Position numbers and translations under genes: made by a program
Notes under the pieces: model-generated
Seen by the model: only the letters and a program-made list of their open reading frames with translations
Databases searched by the model: none
Told to the model about the DNA's origin: nothing
Assembly: GCF_030028105.1 (NCBI RefSeq)
Contig: NC_092395.1
Span: forward strand, 43,366,459-43,430,458
DNA length: 64,000 nucleotides
Reading direction: 5' to 3'
DNA from: Mobula birostris
Lineage: Eukaryota
Shown here: piece by piece, positions 62,307-64,000 of the stretch
Layout: each line of letters begins with the position of its first letter
Position numbering within the stretch: the stretch's first letter is position 1

Positions 62307-62746
62307 CCGGAATGGGTGAGGAATCTCCTCACTTATTGTTGGAGTGTTTCACTGAGGGGTCGGGACGTGGGGGCGGGGGAGCACATGAGCAGCAAAAGCC
62401 CTATTGGTTTGAGGAACGTAATTAACGGAACTGGCAATACCGGCTATTAAACAAATTGCTTTGCAGTTATTTTTGTAAATACTTTTTTCAATATTAATAA
62501 AGTTTATTTCGATATAAAATGACTCATATGACTGAATGTGCCACTATGGCCCAATTGACTTCAATAGAAACTGTGCCGAAATAAAAATCAATAAAGTAAC
62601 GCTAGACCAGGAGGGCCATTAACTGCAACTGTCTAACTAAAGGTAATGTCGATGCATCGGCTTGGCCACAGTAACATAATACTAAATAAATACCGCTTCT
62701 GAGCAGCGTCAGGCTACTCAGTTATCTTTTTTTTCCCGGAACCTGA

Positions 62747-63692
62747 TGTGACGAGAATACACATAAAATAAGATGTTTGCTGGCCTGGGTTAGCATCAGT
62801 GGCATCAGCAGTTGGTCTGTCACCTGTCCTCAGGGGAAGGAGAGATAAGGAACAATGAAGCAGCATCTGGAGATGTGTAATGAAGGGACGGGAGAGAGAG
62901 CTGTCTGGAGCAGCTCCCCCTTTGAACCCTGAACTGTTTGAAGTGATGGACAGGCGATCTGGAGATGTGTAATGAAGGGATGGGTGAGAGAGCTGTCTAG
63001 AGCGGCTCCCCCTTTGAACCCTGAACTGTTTGAAGTGATGGACAGGCGATACCCCAGCAGGGGGATAAAAAGGGACAGGTTCGCTAAGGCAGCACACACA
63101 CGACACCCGAGGTAACGAGACCCTGGAAGCGGTGCGCCTCTCACAAGTCGGTGGGAAGCCTTAAACGCACAGGGTGGAAAGGTATGATCAGCGGGAACCC
63201 GGTGAGTGTCCACCCTCGCTTGGGTGCCGGGTTCACTGCAGAGTATCAACAGCATCTGGAGGAGGGGTCACAGTCGGTGACCTCAGGTGACATCACAAAG
63301 GACCCGCCCGAAAGCTGCATATGAGCAATATCGCCGGTCTGTGAGTGGAAGCCGTTCTGAATGATCAGTCGTTCTCGTTCTCTCTCTCCCCCTCCCCCCA
63401 CGTTGTCCATCGCCATGGCAACGATTACTGCGAACTGAACTAAATTGGATTGAAATTTGTGTCACTTTGAAATTGGTCATTTACCCCAAGGCAACGATAG
63501 AGCTTGATTGATGCTGTTATCTTAATTCTGTGCACATGTGTGTTTATCATTGCTGAAGTGTTGCATTTATTATCCTTTCGATTACTGTGTTGCTTGTTTC
63601 TTTAATAAAACTTTCTTAGTTCTAGTAATCCAGACTCCAACTGAGTGATCCATTTCTGCTGGTTTGGCAACCCAGTTACGGGGTACGTAACA
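62747..63692. mobile_element. Solo LTR (family S, copy 3) with an internal duplication of about 90 bp
   Basis: TGTGACG...TACGTAACA; 4-bp TSD CTGA. Confidence 0.92.
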
Positions 63693-64000
63693 CTGAACAT
63701 CGGTAAGTAGGGGGATTTGGTGTTGCTCTGCTGTTGGTCAAGTGTCGGAAGACTGGAACGAGAGGAAGGGAGTAAAACACCACAAGGAAACACGAATTAG
63801 CTGGAACCTGCAATTTCGCGAGCATGATTGCCGAACCTGGTCCGGAGCCCGCCTGCGAGAACGCGCAGACCCCACCCCGCGGCAGAGTCCGTGGTTGTGA
63901 CACTATGCGACAGAGAGGCCACAAGCACAACCTCCCAGAACGTGCCGTCCTCCATCACGTGTGTGTAAGACAGCTGCAAGCGGGAGAGGCAGGACCATGC

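Overview
Repeat-dense vertebrate DNA, most likely from a cartilaginous fish (inferred from the cluster-type Ig gene and the CR1/Penelope/V-SINE repertoire). The only clear host gene is an unrearranged immunoglobulin light-chain cluster on the minus strand at about 58.3-61.3 kb: octamer/TATA promoter, V exon with a canonical 12-RSS, one J, one C exon and a polyA signal. The V and C motifs best fit the sigma isotype. All three segments are open, but no credible leader exon is visible, the J-RSS lacks a nonamer at 23-bp spacing, and the C exon has two non-conservative substitutions, so the cluster may be crippled or atypical. Short palindromic Penelope-derived insertions flank the promoter-V-J unit, and a larger inverted Penelope insertion carries two minimal hammerhead ribozyme motifs. 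The rest is nested retroelements (CR1, Nimb/I-like, Rex1/Babar-like, several Ty3/Gypsy families, solo LTRs with TSDs) laid over at least three decayed tandem segmental duplicates. Those duplicates share a 1.1-1.3 kb non-transposon unit whose consensus keeps long reading frames of unrecognised family. A heavily decayed V-set exon may lie at 1.7-2.0 kb. Identities and unit counts are by eye; element boundaries without a stated TSD are approximate.
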